Positions 12,897 to 21,861 of a stretch of DNA of 64,000 bases are shown here, piece by piece. Below the pieces are notes generated by a model. It searched no databases, had not been told where the DNA came from, and saw only the letters and a program-made list of their open reading frames with translations. Position 1 is the stretch's first letter. The number at the start of each line of letters is the position of its first letter. The DNA lies in the NCBI GenBank assembly GCA_028687915.1, contig JAQTZF010000001.1, positions 866,634-930,633 on the forward strand, written 5' to 3'. The position numbers were made by a program, and so were the translations under genes. This DNA comes from Candidatus Daviesbacteria bacterium. Its GTDB lineage: Bacteria; Patescibacteriota; Microgenomatia; Daviesbacterales; UBA10151.

Positions 12897-15800
12897 CTAA
12901 TAGTACCTTTCACTGCCATAATGGTGCTGTAATATAAGATATAAAAAGTATCCCCCACAATTGGTGTTGGGCGTTTAATATCATTACAGTCACTATTAAC
13001 TTCAGAAAAAGGTGTATCAATACCCCCAGATGGGTTTATACAAATCCATTCAGTATGTCCTGGATAAAGGACAATTGGTGGATTGCCAAAAATTCCTCCG
13101 CTTGTAGTGTTATAACTGGAAAAAGGTAAATTAGTCTTGTTTATAGTATCCAGTCCTATATCGCCTCTACCAGAGCTTACATAAACAATATCTCCACTAC
13201 GCATGAGTGCTGAAGACTCATCAGAAATTAAGGGGGCTTTATAATTTCCGCAAGTATCGGCACGAGTTCCTCCACCTGGCACACAGGTATCAATTGGCAA
13301 AATATCGTTATCTGCTGATGTTAGCTCGCCCACATATAAAGCAGAATAAGTGGTAGCTCCAGAAGTAGATAGCTCGCCAAAAGACCTCCTATAAATTACA
13401 TCAGCATTGCCATTTGGCAGCAACACTGGTTGTGCATGAGGTGCTTGGCTACCACCAGAACCATAAAGAATAGGTGCAGGTAACTCTGCTCCAGTATTCT
13501 GATTAACTACATGAACTGGTTGGTTATAAGGATGTGCTTGGAGATAAGATAAGATCATTGATCTCTGAACAGACCATGGCTGGTTATAAATCAATGGGTT
13601 AGCAGTACCATTAAATAAATATGTTCCCTCAGTCAAAGATGCACCCTTCTCGCCATAAAGCATTGGAGTGAAAAGAACTTTACCATTTCCAGCAACTGTC
13701 CATCTGTCTCTAAATCCTTGCCCAGGGATTTTAATATGCCAGGCTTCAGAGCCATCTGATATATTCAGGGCATAGCCCACAGAATCCATACCACCAAAGA
13801 AAACTCTATTATTATCAATAGCAGCTGTATCATAAATTGGTGCACCAATATCATGCTTCCACACTTGAGCTCCGGTACTTCCGTTAATGGCATACATATT
13901 GCCATCAGAAGAACCAATATAAACAATCCCATTTGCAATAACCGGGGCTGTTTTAACAGTGCTGCCAGTAAGAACTTTCCAAGCTAAAGAACCATCATTG
14001 GCGTTCACTGCATAAATATTATGGTCAGTTGAACCAAAGAAGACCCTGCCATTATCATAGGCTGCAGAATTTACCAAACCGCTACCAGTTTTATAAGACC
14101 AAACAGTATGACCATCAGTGGTACTTAAAGCATAAAGAGAGCCATTATTTGATGGCAAGAAAACTAGATTTTGAGCAATAACTGGTTGAACTCTGGAGGA
14201 AACTGGGAATGGTTTATCCCTTTTCCAAAGCACTGCTGAAGATGAAGTTGGCGGCAAAACTGTTTGGGCAACATAACCTGAGTGATTAGCATCTTTTTGA
14301 ACTTGAGGCCAATCAGTAGATGATGCTCCTGGGGTTGGTGTTAAGGTTGGGGTTGGAGTTCCACCTGTACCAATTGTAACTGTTAACAATCTTGGATTTG
14401 ATTCAATAGTATTACCTCCAGTGGTTGTAGCTCTAAAGTAATATTGAGGATCACCCAAAGGCACACCAAATAATCTTAATGGGTTAAATTCAGCTACCCA
14501 TGATCCTGATCCTTGTGATTGAGCATTAAGAGCAATAGCTGCTGGTTGAGTGTTAGCCTGAATATCATCAATTGTTGATCCATTTCTTCTAACCTCAAAA
14601 TTAACTTGTTTATTTGCACAATTCGCATCTCCTGTAACATTTAAGTTAACTATTGTTCCAGTAGTAGTAGTTTGAGTATTCCAGGCAGCAGAAGCAAGAG
14701 TACAGACAAGAGACAATGTGGTATTTTCAACCTTAACAGCTATGTCTTTATCTAAATTTAAGACAGTAAGATTAATGTTACCAGTTTGATCTACTATAGA
14801 AGTATCTGTTTTTAGTGTGGTACCTGTGTAAGTATCAACCCAGGTTACTGTATAAGAACCAACAGGCATACCAGGAATAGTTACAGTTCCTGACTGAACA
14901 GCTATTGCTGTAGGATTATTTACCACATTACCCCAGGTATGTGTTTTATTATCTATCCAAACATGAGCTTTCCCATTTACTGTATCTTTTTGTCCCCAGG
15001 CTCTGATATTAGTATTATTTGAGGTAGCTCCAATATCCTGATAATTACCATTGGATAAAGGAATATCTTTAATAAAGTTATAATAAATTCCATACTGAGG
15101 TCTTAAATCTCTACCTGCTGGATAAATGTGTTCTCCACCATACCAATAAGATTCAATTAAACCACCTGAATTAATTCCTCCCCAAATATATTTATGTAAC
15201 CAAATTCCTTGGGTATCATTATTAAAAAGTGTTGTAGCAGCCCAATTACTATCAACAAAACCAGTTTCTCCTCTCATGACAGGTTTATTGACTCCAAATG
15301 GTTGTTTTGCTCCAATTTGTTGGCTAATTTTATTAGCTTCCTCAGCTGAGTCGTAATAATCAGCAATTGTGCCAATATTTGTCCCTGCGCCATTAGTAGG
15401 CTTATCAACCCGAAGATCAAGGTTTGTCCCCTGAAGAATATATTGATGAACGTCTGCATAATCTACATCAGAATAGTTGTTATTACCCCAAAAACCAGTT
15501 GTGGGAAAACTGTGCCAGTTAGATGTGGTCACTAAGTGGGAATTGGGACCAAATTGATGCATATACTTGCCTAGATTATTAGTTAATGTATAGTGAAGTC
15601 CATTATAAGGATCTCCCTCATTGTTTAGCTCCCAGGAATGAACATTGGGAGAATAACCCCATCTGGCTTGTAAATATCTCCACCAGGCTTGTTGTAACCA
15701 ATAAACCTTTGTTGGTTGACCCCAATTACCGTAATACCATTTATTACCCATAAATGGACACTCTGCTGGGTCATTCTTTGGATCAGAATCCCAACATTCT

Positions 15801-18800
15801 TGAACATTGGGAATAACTTTTCCATCATAATTAATACTATTAGCAATAATCTCATTTTTTTCCTGAATTACTAACTTAAAATAAACATTATCCTTCTCAG
15901 CTTCTTCTAAAACTTTATCAAAAGCATAGGCCATTTTTTGTTCCATATACTGATGGTGAGCCATCCAGGATTTTTCAATAACATTTGGTCCTAAACTACC
16001 ATCTGGGTTAACTTCGTTAACATCAACTCGGTCAATTTGTACAAATGCACCGCTTCCAGTTAAAGGAGTTAAATTATCAATATTCTCAATGGTTAAGTAG
16101 AAATTCAACATAAAATCACGGTTAGCATCACTGGTGAATTCTCCAGTTAAAATTGACCATTGTGGATTACCACTACCATCTTTTGGAGAGGTAGAAGCGT
16201 AATTACTAACCACATTACCAGTACCTGGATTAAAACAATATGTTGGAGGATTATCAGTTGGACCCCATAACCAAAACCCAGTCTTTGCTACGAGGCCATA
16301 AGGCTTTGTTGGATCTTTAGGAGCAGGCAAATTCTGGGGCATTAAGTATTTGATACTAACTCTATACTTAGTGTTTGGCTTGAGTGCTGGTGAATCTTTA
16401 AGCCATCCAGTAAAAATACAAGGATTCCAATATTGCTCTAGTTCCATAGAAACATCGCTTCCTGGGGCACCAGGTAACCTGGTATCAATTGAGGAAAAAG
16501 GTATATAACCCCCATACCACCCACCAGTATGAGAATTCCAGGGATTCCAAGCTGAAGAGTTAATACTCCATCCAGACAACCATACCCTAAGTAATTGAAT
16601 TCCATTTTGACCAAATTTTGGTAAGTTAGTCTTACTACTGGTAATAGGATTCTCAGAAGGTATGCTAGTATTCAGGCTTAATCCCGGGAAATATGTACCA
16701 TCCTGGTACTCAAAGTATCTTGTGTCTGTTTTGGAGACTTTAACAAATCCATGGTTATTAGGATCAGCAGCAGAAACAATAAATGTTTGGGTGGAAGAAG
16801 TGACTTTTCCACCAGCATCCTGAGCAGTTAATCTGTACTGCCAGGTACCTTCCTGAGTTGGAGAAAACCTTAATTTCCAGGAATAGTTTGTGGTTGGATA
16901 AATCCAGTCTCTGCCACCTTTAACCTGATAATCAAAGTCCTGGTAGTAGAAAGCTGGTTGAATAGAAGCTTTAGCCCAGTCAGTTTCTCCTGGAGCTAGG
17001 AACTCTCCATTAACAGTAATACCTTCTTTGGGAGTAACACCTGCAGGAGGTGTTTCATCATATGGCATCTGTAAGTTGGTAGCTACAGTATTGTTAATTT
17101 GGAAAGTAGATTCAAATTTCTCATATTTAGGTACTTGGGAATTAGTGTAAGTAGAAATATTATCTGAAATGTTACCAATCTGAGGACCACCCCCTGCTAA
17201 CCCTGTAACGGTTAACAAGTTCGCCTGAGTATCAATTGTATTTCCTCCCTCAGCACTGGCTGTAAAGTAATATTGAGGACTGGTGAAAAGAATCAAGGGA
17301 TTATATTCAGTTACCCAAGAACTGGTCCCTGTACCACTACTACTCAAAGTTATTCCCACAGGATGAATAGCAACATCATTACCTCCAGTGGTTGATAAAC
17401 CATTTCTAACAACCTTTAAGCTTACTTGTTTATTAGCACAACTACTGTTCCCTGATATTACCAAACTCACAGTACTGTTTTGAGGAGCTATTAGTGATTG
17501 ACTCCCTGGAACACTCCAGGAAGCAGATGTTAGCTGACAAGCGACAGGTGTTGGAGCAGCAGTAGGTGTTGCAGTAGGCGTTGTGGTTACAGTAGGGGTT
17601 AATGATGATTCACTCCATCCACTAATTCTTGCCATCATCACCCAAAAAGCCTGAGCTACCCTTTGTGATCCTGCAGCAGTTAGATGTCCTCCATCAGAAG
17701 AATAAGCAGGATACATAGCTTCCAGACCACCTGAGGTAATAGCATTACCTGCTGGATCATGTGATTCAATAGCAGCCAGATCAAAAAGAATTATATTGTG
17801 GGTAGCTGCATAAGTTCTTAAATTATTATTAAAAGCATCTCTTGAGGGATCACCTGAGGTCATAATGGGCATGGTCCACCAGATAAACTTTTTGGTAGGA
17901 TAGGCAGCCATTAAAGCTTCCATATGGGTTCTGTAATAATTCCAGTCAGCTCCCTGATCTATATAGCAAAACTTTTGTGAGAGAACATCCATTGTGCTTG
18001 CTTGTAGGGCTACCTGAACATCAAAATCATCCACCTTTGCCTGCCAGCCAGGATTACCTCTGGCCTGAAAAGACCAGTTGGTTCTGTTGTATTTGGTGTT
18101 TTGAGCAGTGAGAGCATTTAAACCATCATTAATATTTGATCCCACTGAGGCATGTCTGAACATCATTCTTAAAGCTGAGGCTTGAGTAATTACAGTATCA
18201 GGCAAGTTATTAAAACTTGTAACATTTTGATGATTAATAATAAATTTTGTACTTGAAACTGTTGTTGGGGTAGGAGTGGCAGTTGGAGTAGGAGTAGATG
18301 TGGGGGTTGCAGTTGCCCGTGGGCTAATAGTTGCAGTGGGTGTGGTTACAGGAGCAGCAAAAACCTCCAAAGATGCTAACTGATAATTTGATTGGCTGGA
18401 ACCTGTATTTGCCCTTATTAATAAATAACGTCCTGAACCTAAAATAGATGAGTTAAAATCTCCATTAATCCCGCTTCTTACCACTGTAAAACCTACACCA
18501 TCATCAGATAATTCAATATTATAATTTGTGGCTAGATTATTACCCCATTTTACTGTAACCGTCCCAATTGAAACAGTCGAACCCAAATCAATACCCAACC
18601 ATTGAGCCCCCCCAGAACCAGAAGTCCAAAAAGTAGACACATTCCCGTCAACTGCATTAACAGGACTAGATCCGGCTGCAGTGGAAGAAACACTAATAAT
18701 AGGCTTATTTAAAGCTAAATCCCCGGCAATTTGGGCATTAGCATTTTGAGTAGACTTAATAATTCCAAATAAAGCAACTAGAGTAAAGAGGATAATACTA

Positions 18801-18850
18801 AAACTTAAAAAAAATTTTCTGATAACCAAGAATTTGTTTTTTATCTTCAT
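12893..18850 (-). CDS. Giant secreted modular protein (1985 aa): F5/8 type C (discoidin) domain, SGNH-like region, two-Cys modules x2, GH5-like (cellulase family A) domain, C-terminal PQQ-like beta-propeller
   Basis: ORF track. N-terminal discoidin-like segment (NAVDGNVSTFWTSG...). 'HSWELNNEGDP' and 'RGETGFV' resemble the GH5 acid/base NEP and nucleophile motifs (assignment by motif only). YAV/YAI propeller blades at the C-terminus. ATGA start/stop overlap with 5508..12896. Confidence 0.75.
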   Translation of the reverse strand: MKIKNKFLVIRKFFLSFSIILFTLVALFGIIKSTQNANAQIAGDLALNKPIISVSSTAAGSSPVNAVDGNVSTFWTSGSGGAQWLGIDLGSTVSIGTVTVKWGNNLATNYNIELSDDGVGFTVVRSGINGDFNSSILGSGRYLLIRANTGSSQSNYQLASLEVFAAPVTTPTATISPRATATPTSTPTPTATPTPTTVSSTKFIINHQNVTSFNNLPDTVITQASALRMMFRHASVGSNINDGLNALTAQNTKYNRTNWSFQARGNPGWQAKVDDFDVQVALQASTMDVLSQKFCYIDQGADWNYYRTHMEALMAAYPTKKFIWWTMPIMTSGDPSRDAFNNNLRTYAATHNIILFDLAAIESHDPAGNAITSGGLEAMYPAYSSDGGHLTAAGSQRVAQAFWVMMARISGWSESSLTPTVTTTPTATPTAAPTPVACQLTSASWSVPGSQSLIAPQNSTVSLVISGNSSCANKQVSLKVVRNGLSTTGGNDVAIHPVGITLSSSGTGTSSWVTEYNPLILFTSPQYYFTASAEGGNTIDTQANLLTVTGLAGGGPQIGNISDNISTYTNSQVPKYEKFESTFQINNTVATNLQMPYDETPPAGVTPKEGITVNGEFLAPGETDWAKASIQPAFYYQDFDYQVKGGRDWIYPTTNYSWKLRFSPTQEGTWQYRLTAQDAGGKVTSSTQTFIVSAADPNNHGFVKVSKTDTRYFEYQDGTYFPGLSLNTSIPSENPITSSKTNLPKFGQNGIQLLRVWLSGWSINSSAWNPWNSHTGGWYGGYIPFSSIDTRLPGAPGSDVSMELEQYWNPCIFTGWLKDSPALKPNTKYRVSIKYLMPQNLPAPKDPTKPYGLVAKTGFWLWGPTDNPPTYCFNPGTGNVVSNYASTSPKDGSGNPQWSILTGEFTSDANRDFMLNFYLTIENIDNLTPLTGSGAFVQIDRVDVNEVNPDGSLGPNVIEKSWMAHHQYMEQKMAYAFDKVLEEAEKDNVYFKLVIQEKNEIIANSINYDGKVIPNVQECWDSDPKNDPAECPFMGNKWYYGNWGQPTKVYWLQQAWWRYLQARWGYSPNVHSWELNNEGDPYNGLHYTLTNNLGKYMHQFGPNSHLVTTSNWHSFPTTGFWGNNNYSDVDYADVHQYILQGTNLDLRVDKPTNGAGTNIGTIADYYDSAEEANKISQQIGAKQPFGVNKPVMRGETGFVDSNWAATTLFNNDTQGIWLHKYIWGGINSGGLIESYWYGGEHIYPAGRDLRPQYGIYYNFIKDIPLSNGNYQDIGATSNNTNIRAWGQKDTVNGKAHVWIDNKTHTWGNVVNNPTAIAVQSGTVTIPGMPVGSYTVTWVDTYTGTTLKTDTSIVDQTGNINLTVLNLDKDIAVKVENTTLSLVCTLASAAWNTQTTTTGTIVNLNVTGDANCANKQVNFEVRRNGSTIDDIQANTQPAAIALNAQSQGSGSWVAEFNPLRLFGVPLGDPQYYFRATTTGGNTIESNPRLLTVTIGTGGTPTPTLTPTPGASSTDWPQVQKDANHSGYVAQTVLPPTSSSAVLWKRDKPFPVSSRVQPVIAQNLVFLPSNNGSLYALSTTDGHTVWSYKTGSGLVNSAAYDNGRVFFGSTDHNIYAVNANDGSLAWKVLTGSTVKTAPVIANGIVYIGSSDGNMYAINGSTGAQVWKHDIGAPIYDTAAIDNNRVFFGGMDSVGYALNISDGSEAWHIKIPGQGFRDRWTVAGNGKVLFTPMLYGEKGASLTEGTYLFNGTANPLIYNQPWSVQRSMILSYLQAHPYNQPVHVVNQNTGAELPAPILYGSGGSQAPHAQPVLLPNGNADVIYRRSFGELSTSGATTYSALYVGELTSADNDILPIDTCVPGGGTRADTCGNYKAPLISDESSALMRSGDIVYVSSGRGDIGLDTINKTNLPFSSYNTTSGGIFGNPPIVLYPGHTEWICINPSGGIDTPFSEVNSDCNDIKRPTPIVGDTFYILYYSTIMAVKGTIR

Positions 18851-18868
18851 ATACTCTTACCAACTTTT

Positions 18869-20095
18869 TTAATTATTACCTGGTGGTGCTTTTGGCATCA
18901 CTTTATATTTTTTTCTTAAAAGTAGAAACATTATTCCCATAACTACAACAGTAACTGCAACCACTCCAAGGAAAATTATCCATTGTGACAATCCAGTTTT
19001 TTCATACCAATTATTTACTGGATTTACCTTAAAACTAAATTCATTTCCTTCTTGTGAAGTAGCAGCACCCAAAACATTAATTTCAAATGTTTTTTCAGAA
19101 CCTGGTACTCTAATAACTACTAGATGTTTATCTGCAGAAACATTTGTAAAAACTACTTCTCCGTTTTCATTTGTTATTCCTCTTTGAGGATCACTGTAAA
19201 GCAAAACTTCAGCATTCTTCAGGAGTGTACCCTTTTCATCTGTAACCTTAACTTTGATTTGAAAACCAGGAATTTGGAATTCTTGGTCTACACTTTGTAC
19301 TTGTGAACCAAAACTATCTATAGATTTAACTCTATAGTGAATTTTATATCCGGGTAACATCATTGCACTTTGGAGCTTAACTTTGTGTTGCTTTAACAAA
19401 GTTTCTGAAGTTGATGATAAAAAGTAATTACCTTTTTCTAAGCCGTATTCCACAACTGAATTTGCCTCCCTGTCAGTCTTCCAGGTAATCGTTGCACTAC
19501 CAGAAGCAACATCTGCTGCTGCTATATCACTTATGAGTAACTGGTCCACACTATTATCAGGTGTAGCTACAGGCTGTCCTGGTTTAGTTGTGGTTTTAGT
19601 ACCAGCCTTAGGAGTTGGCGCAGCTGCTTGGCCACCAACAGTAATTGTTGCACCACCACTTCCACCAAGATTTAACGAATCAGAACTATCAGACGCTCGT
19701 GGGGCAGATGATCCACCAACAAATGATAATGTAGCAGCTCCTGCAGATTTCCCCTTAAAGCTTACTGTGGCAACATTAACACTTCCGGAAACCGCACTCA
19801 GACTTCCCCGGGAAACCTTAATCATTCCCCCACCATAAGAATTTTCTGCACCTATCCCAAAAGCTGAACCAGGATTTACAGATAATACATCAAGCTTATC
19901 CGCTGGGTATGCTAAAAAAGCAGAAACTGCGTTAACAGCATCACCTCCGGTGTTTAGTCTAATAGAAACTGAAATAGTGCCACCAATAGGAACAGTTGTT
20001 TTTCCGGGAGAAACAGATAGAGTGGAAGCAATTATTGCTTGAGGCATTAATAAAAATAATGCAGCCACAATAATAATTAATGAAAATATCCTCAT
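18869..20095 (-). CDS. Membrane-anchored cohesin-like / FN3-like / CarboxypepD_reg-like protein with C-terminal TM anchor
   Basis: ORF track. N-terminal domain paralogous to 258..872. Middle 'ATITWKTDREANSVVEYGL' is FN3/PAP-N-like. 'KVKVTDEKGTLLKNAEVLLYSD..NGEVVF' is a CarboxypepD_reg/Cna-B-like fold. C-terminal TM + RKKYK. Confidence 0.6.
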   Translation of the reverse strand: MRIFSLIIIVAALFLLMPQAIIASTLSVSPGKTTVPIGGTISVSIRLNTGGDAVNAVSAFLAYPADKLDVLSVNPGSAFGIGAENSYGGGMIKVSRGSLSAVSGSVNVATVSFKGKSAGAATLSFVGGSSAPRASDSSDSLNLGGSGGATITVGGQAAAPTPKAGTKTTTKPGQPVATPDNSVDQLLISDIAAADVASGSATITWKTDREANSVVEYGLEKGNYFLSSTSETLLKQHKVKLQSAMMLPGYKIHYRVKSIDSFGSQVQSVDQEFQIPGFQIKVKVTDEKGTLLKNAEVLLYSDPQRGITNENGEVVFTNVSADKHLVVIRVPGSEKTFEINVLGAATSQEGNEFSFKVNPVNNWYEKTGLSQWIIFLGVVAVTVVVMGIMFLLLRKKYKVMPKAPPGNN

Positions 20096-21795
20096 TGAGT
20101 ACCCCCACTTGTTGTACTTTCTATAGTTGCGCTAGAAGTACTGGTTTTTACAACGCTGGTGGGGCTAGGTGTTGCACTGGATGTTGCATTTGCACTACTT
20201 GTTGCAGTCAAGGTTGGAGCAACTGTAGCTGTGGTTGTGGGTGTAGGAGTTATATTGGCAACCAAATAAGCCTGACCTAAAGCATTTAATTTCATTGGCC
20301 AATAACATATCTTATTATTTGACTCAAACAAGCCTACCAACTGAGGATTTGCACCACATGTATCCGTCCAAAACCACTTTTCTACATTAAGTTTATTACT
20401 TGTAAGATATTTCATAGCTGCTTGGGCAAAATCAACGCCTTCATTAGGTGCATTTTTAGAAACACCTAGCCTGCTGATCCAAATTGGAACACCTTTCCAA
20501 CCGATGACAGCGTCCATGTAATTACGCACATTTGTTAAATAATTCTCTAGATCCTTTGATCCAGACCATTGTTTTTGATCAGTCGCCAAATATCTAACTG
20601 CTAAGATATCAATCGGCGGCTCAACCTCAAAAAAAGTTTTATAAGACGCTCTAAAAGTGTCTAACGTCCTTTTTGGACTATACCCGTTTTTAGCATCAAA
20701 AACAACAGGAGAACCCATTATTCCACCTGGCAAAACCTTAGCAGAGGGATCTATACTCTTAATCTTAATATAAAATTGATGATATAGTAAAGCATAAATG
20801 TCTAATGAAACAGGATTCATAAAAGGCTCAGAGTAAGTTTGTTCAAATCCCATTCCGTCATCCACCATCCAGACTGCTCCACAACGTGATAGAACTAAAT
20901 CTGATAATCCCTGGCCTTGCTCATCACCCAAGAGTACAACACTTGCACTTTCATACCAGACAACACTTCCCTTTCCAATATTAGTAAGCGCTAACTGAAA
21001 GCCTGATACTCCGGCAGGAACTTTACCATAACCCATGACGTAGCTCCATTTATTTGGTTTAACATTTGATAAATCTGCTGCACCAAATTCATTGAAAGGT
21101 GCTTGGCTATTTTGAATTACTACCTTTGCATCAGCAGAGGTAGGTGCTTTTATCCAAACTCCAAAAATAATAAATTGACCTTCTTTTACCGGTGCTTTAT
21201 AAGCTTGTGAAATCTGTGTACCTGACTGGTCTTTATTATTTGTTAGTTTTATACTTGTCCCCTTACTGGATGTACTTTTAGACACTTCTTCTACATCTAT
21301 AAAGACACTCCCTGCTGAATCTGCAATAGTCCAACCCACGGGAACCTGGCCAGGCAAACCTTTAAAGTCAGCGTTACTTAAGTTATTTTCCATCAACAGG
21401 CGAAGCCCCAAAGGATCTCCCAAATTTTGTGTGTATTTCCCAATAGTAAATACAGATTTTTTGGGACCTAAATTTAAATCATTAGTGGAATAAAGAGAAG
21501 TTCCTAAAGTTGCTATTGCCTGTTCCAAATCGCCACCTGTAAAAATAAAGCCTCCACGATTAGAAGGAACTTCAATATGATTTGTACACGCAGCAGCTTG
21601 AGTTTTTTGCTTTGGAAATAAGCGCTCTAGAATTGAATTTTTAAAGGAAAATAACAAAGCAACCAACAAGAACACTATTAACCCTACAGCAAATAATGAG
21701 ACAGCTAACTTAGCATTACTTTTCTCCTGATTAAATAAACGCGCAAAAGGATTTCCTGAAAAACTTAATTTGGGCATGTTAAAGTCCTCTTGCAT
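20092..21795 (-). CDS. Membrane-anchored secreted protein, possibly glycosyl-hydrolase-like, with Ser/Thr-rich C-terminal tail
   Basis: ORF track. N-terminal TM. AAGAGGA RBS 7 nt upstream of the ATG. First gene of the operon. Functional call is weak. Confidence 0.55.
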   Translation of the reverse strand: MQEDFNMPKLSFSGNPFARLFNQEKSNAKLAVSLFAVGLIVFLLVALLFSFKNSILERLFPKQKTQAAACTNHIEVPSNRGGFIFTGGDLEQAIATLGTSLYSTNDLNLGPKKSVFTIGKYTQNLGDPLGLRLLMENNLSNADFKGLPGQVPVGWTIADSAGSVFIDVEEVSKSTSSKGTSIKLTNNKDQSGTQISQAYKAPVKEGQFIIFGVWIKAPTSADAKVVIQNSQAPFNEFGAADLSNVKPNKWSYVMGYGKVPAGVSGFQLALTNIGKGSVVWYESASVVLLGDEQGQGLSDLVLSRCGAVWMVDDGMGFEQTYSEPFMNPVSLDIYALLYHQFYIKIKSIDPSAKVLPGGIMGSPVVFDAKNGYSPKRTLDTFRASYKTFFEVEPPIDILAVRYLATDQKQWSGSKDLENYLTNVRNYMDAVIGWKGVPIWISRLGVSKNAPNEGVDFAQAAMKYLTSNKLNVEKWFWTDTCGANPQLVGLFESNNKICYWPMKLNALGQAYLVANITPTPTTTATVAPTLTATSSANATSSATPSPTSVVKTSTSSATIESTTSGGTQ

Positions 21796-21861
21796 TTTTA
21801 TTTACCTTAGATTATCGAAACATATTATTGGGAATTGTGCAAGATATACTATAAGTACTGA

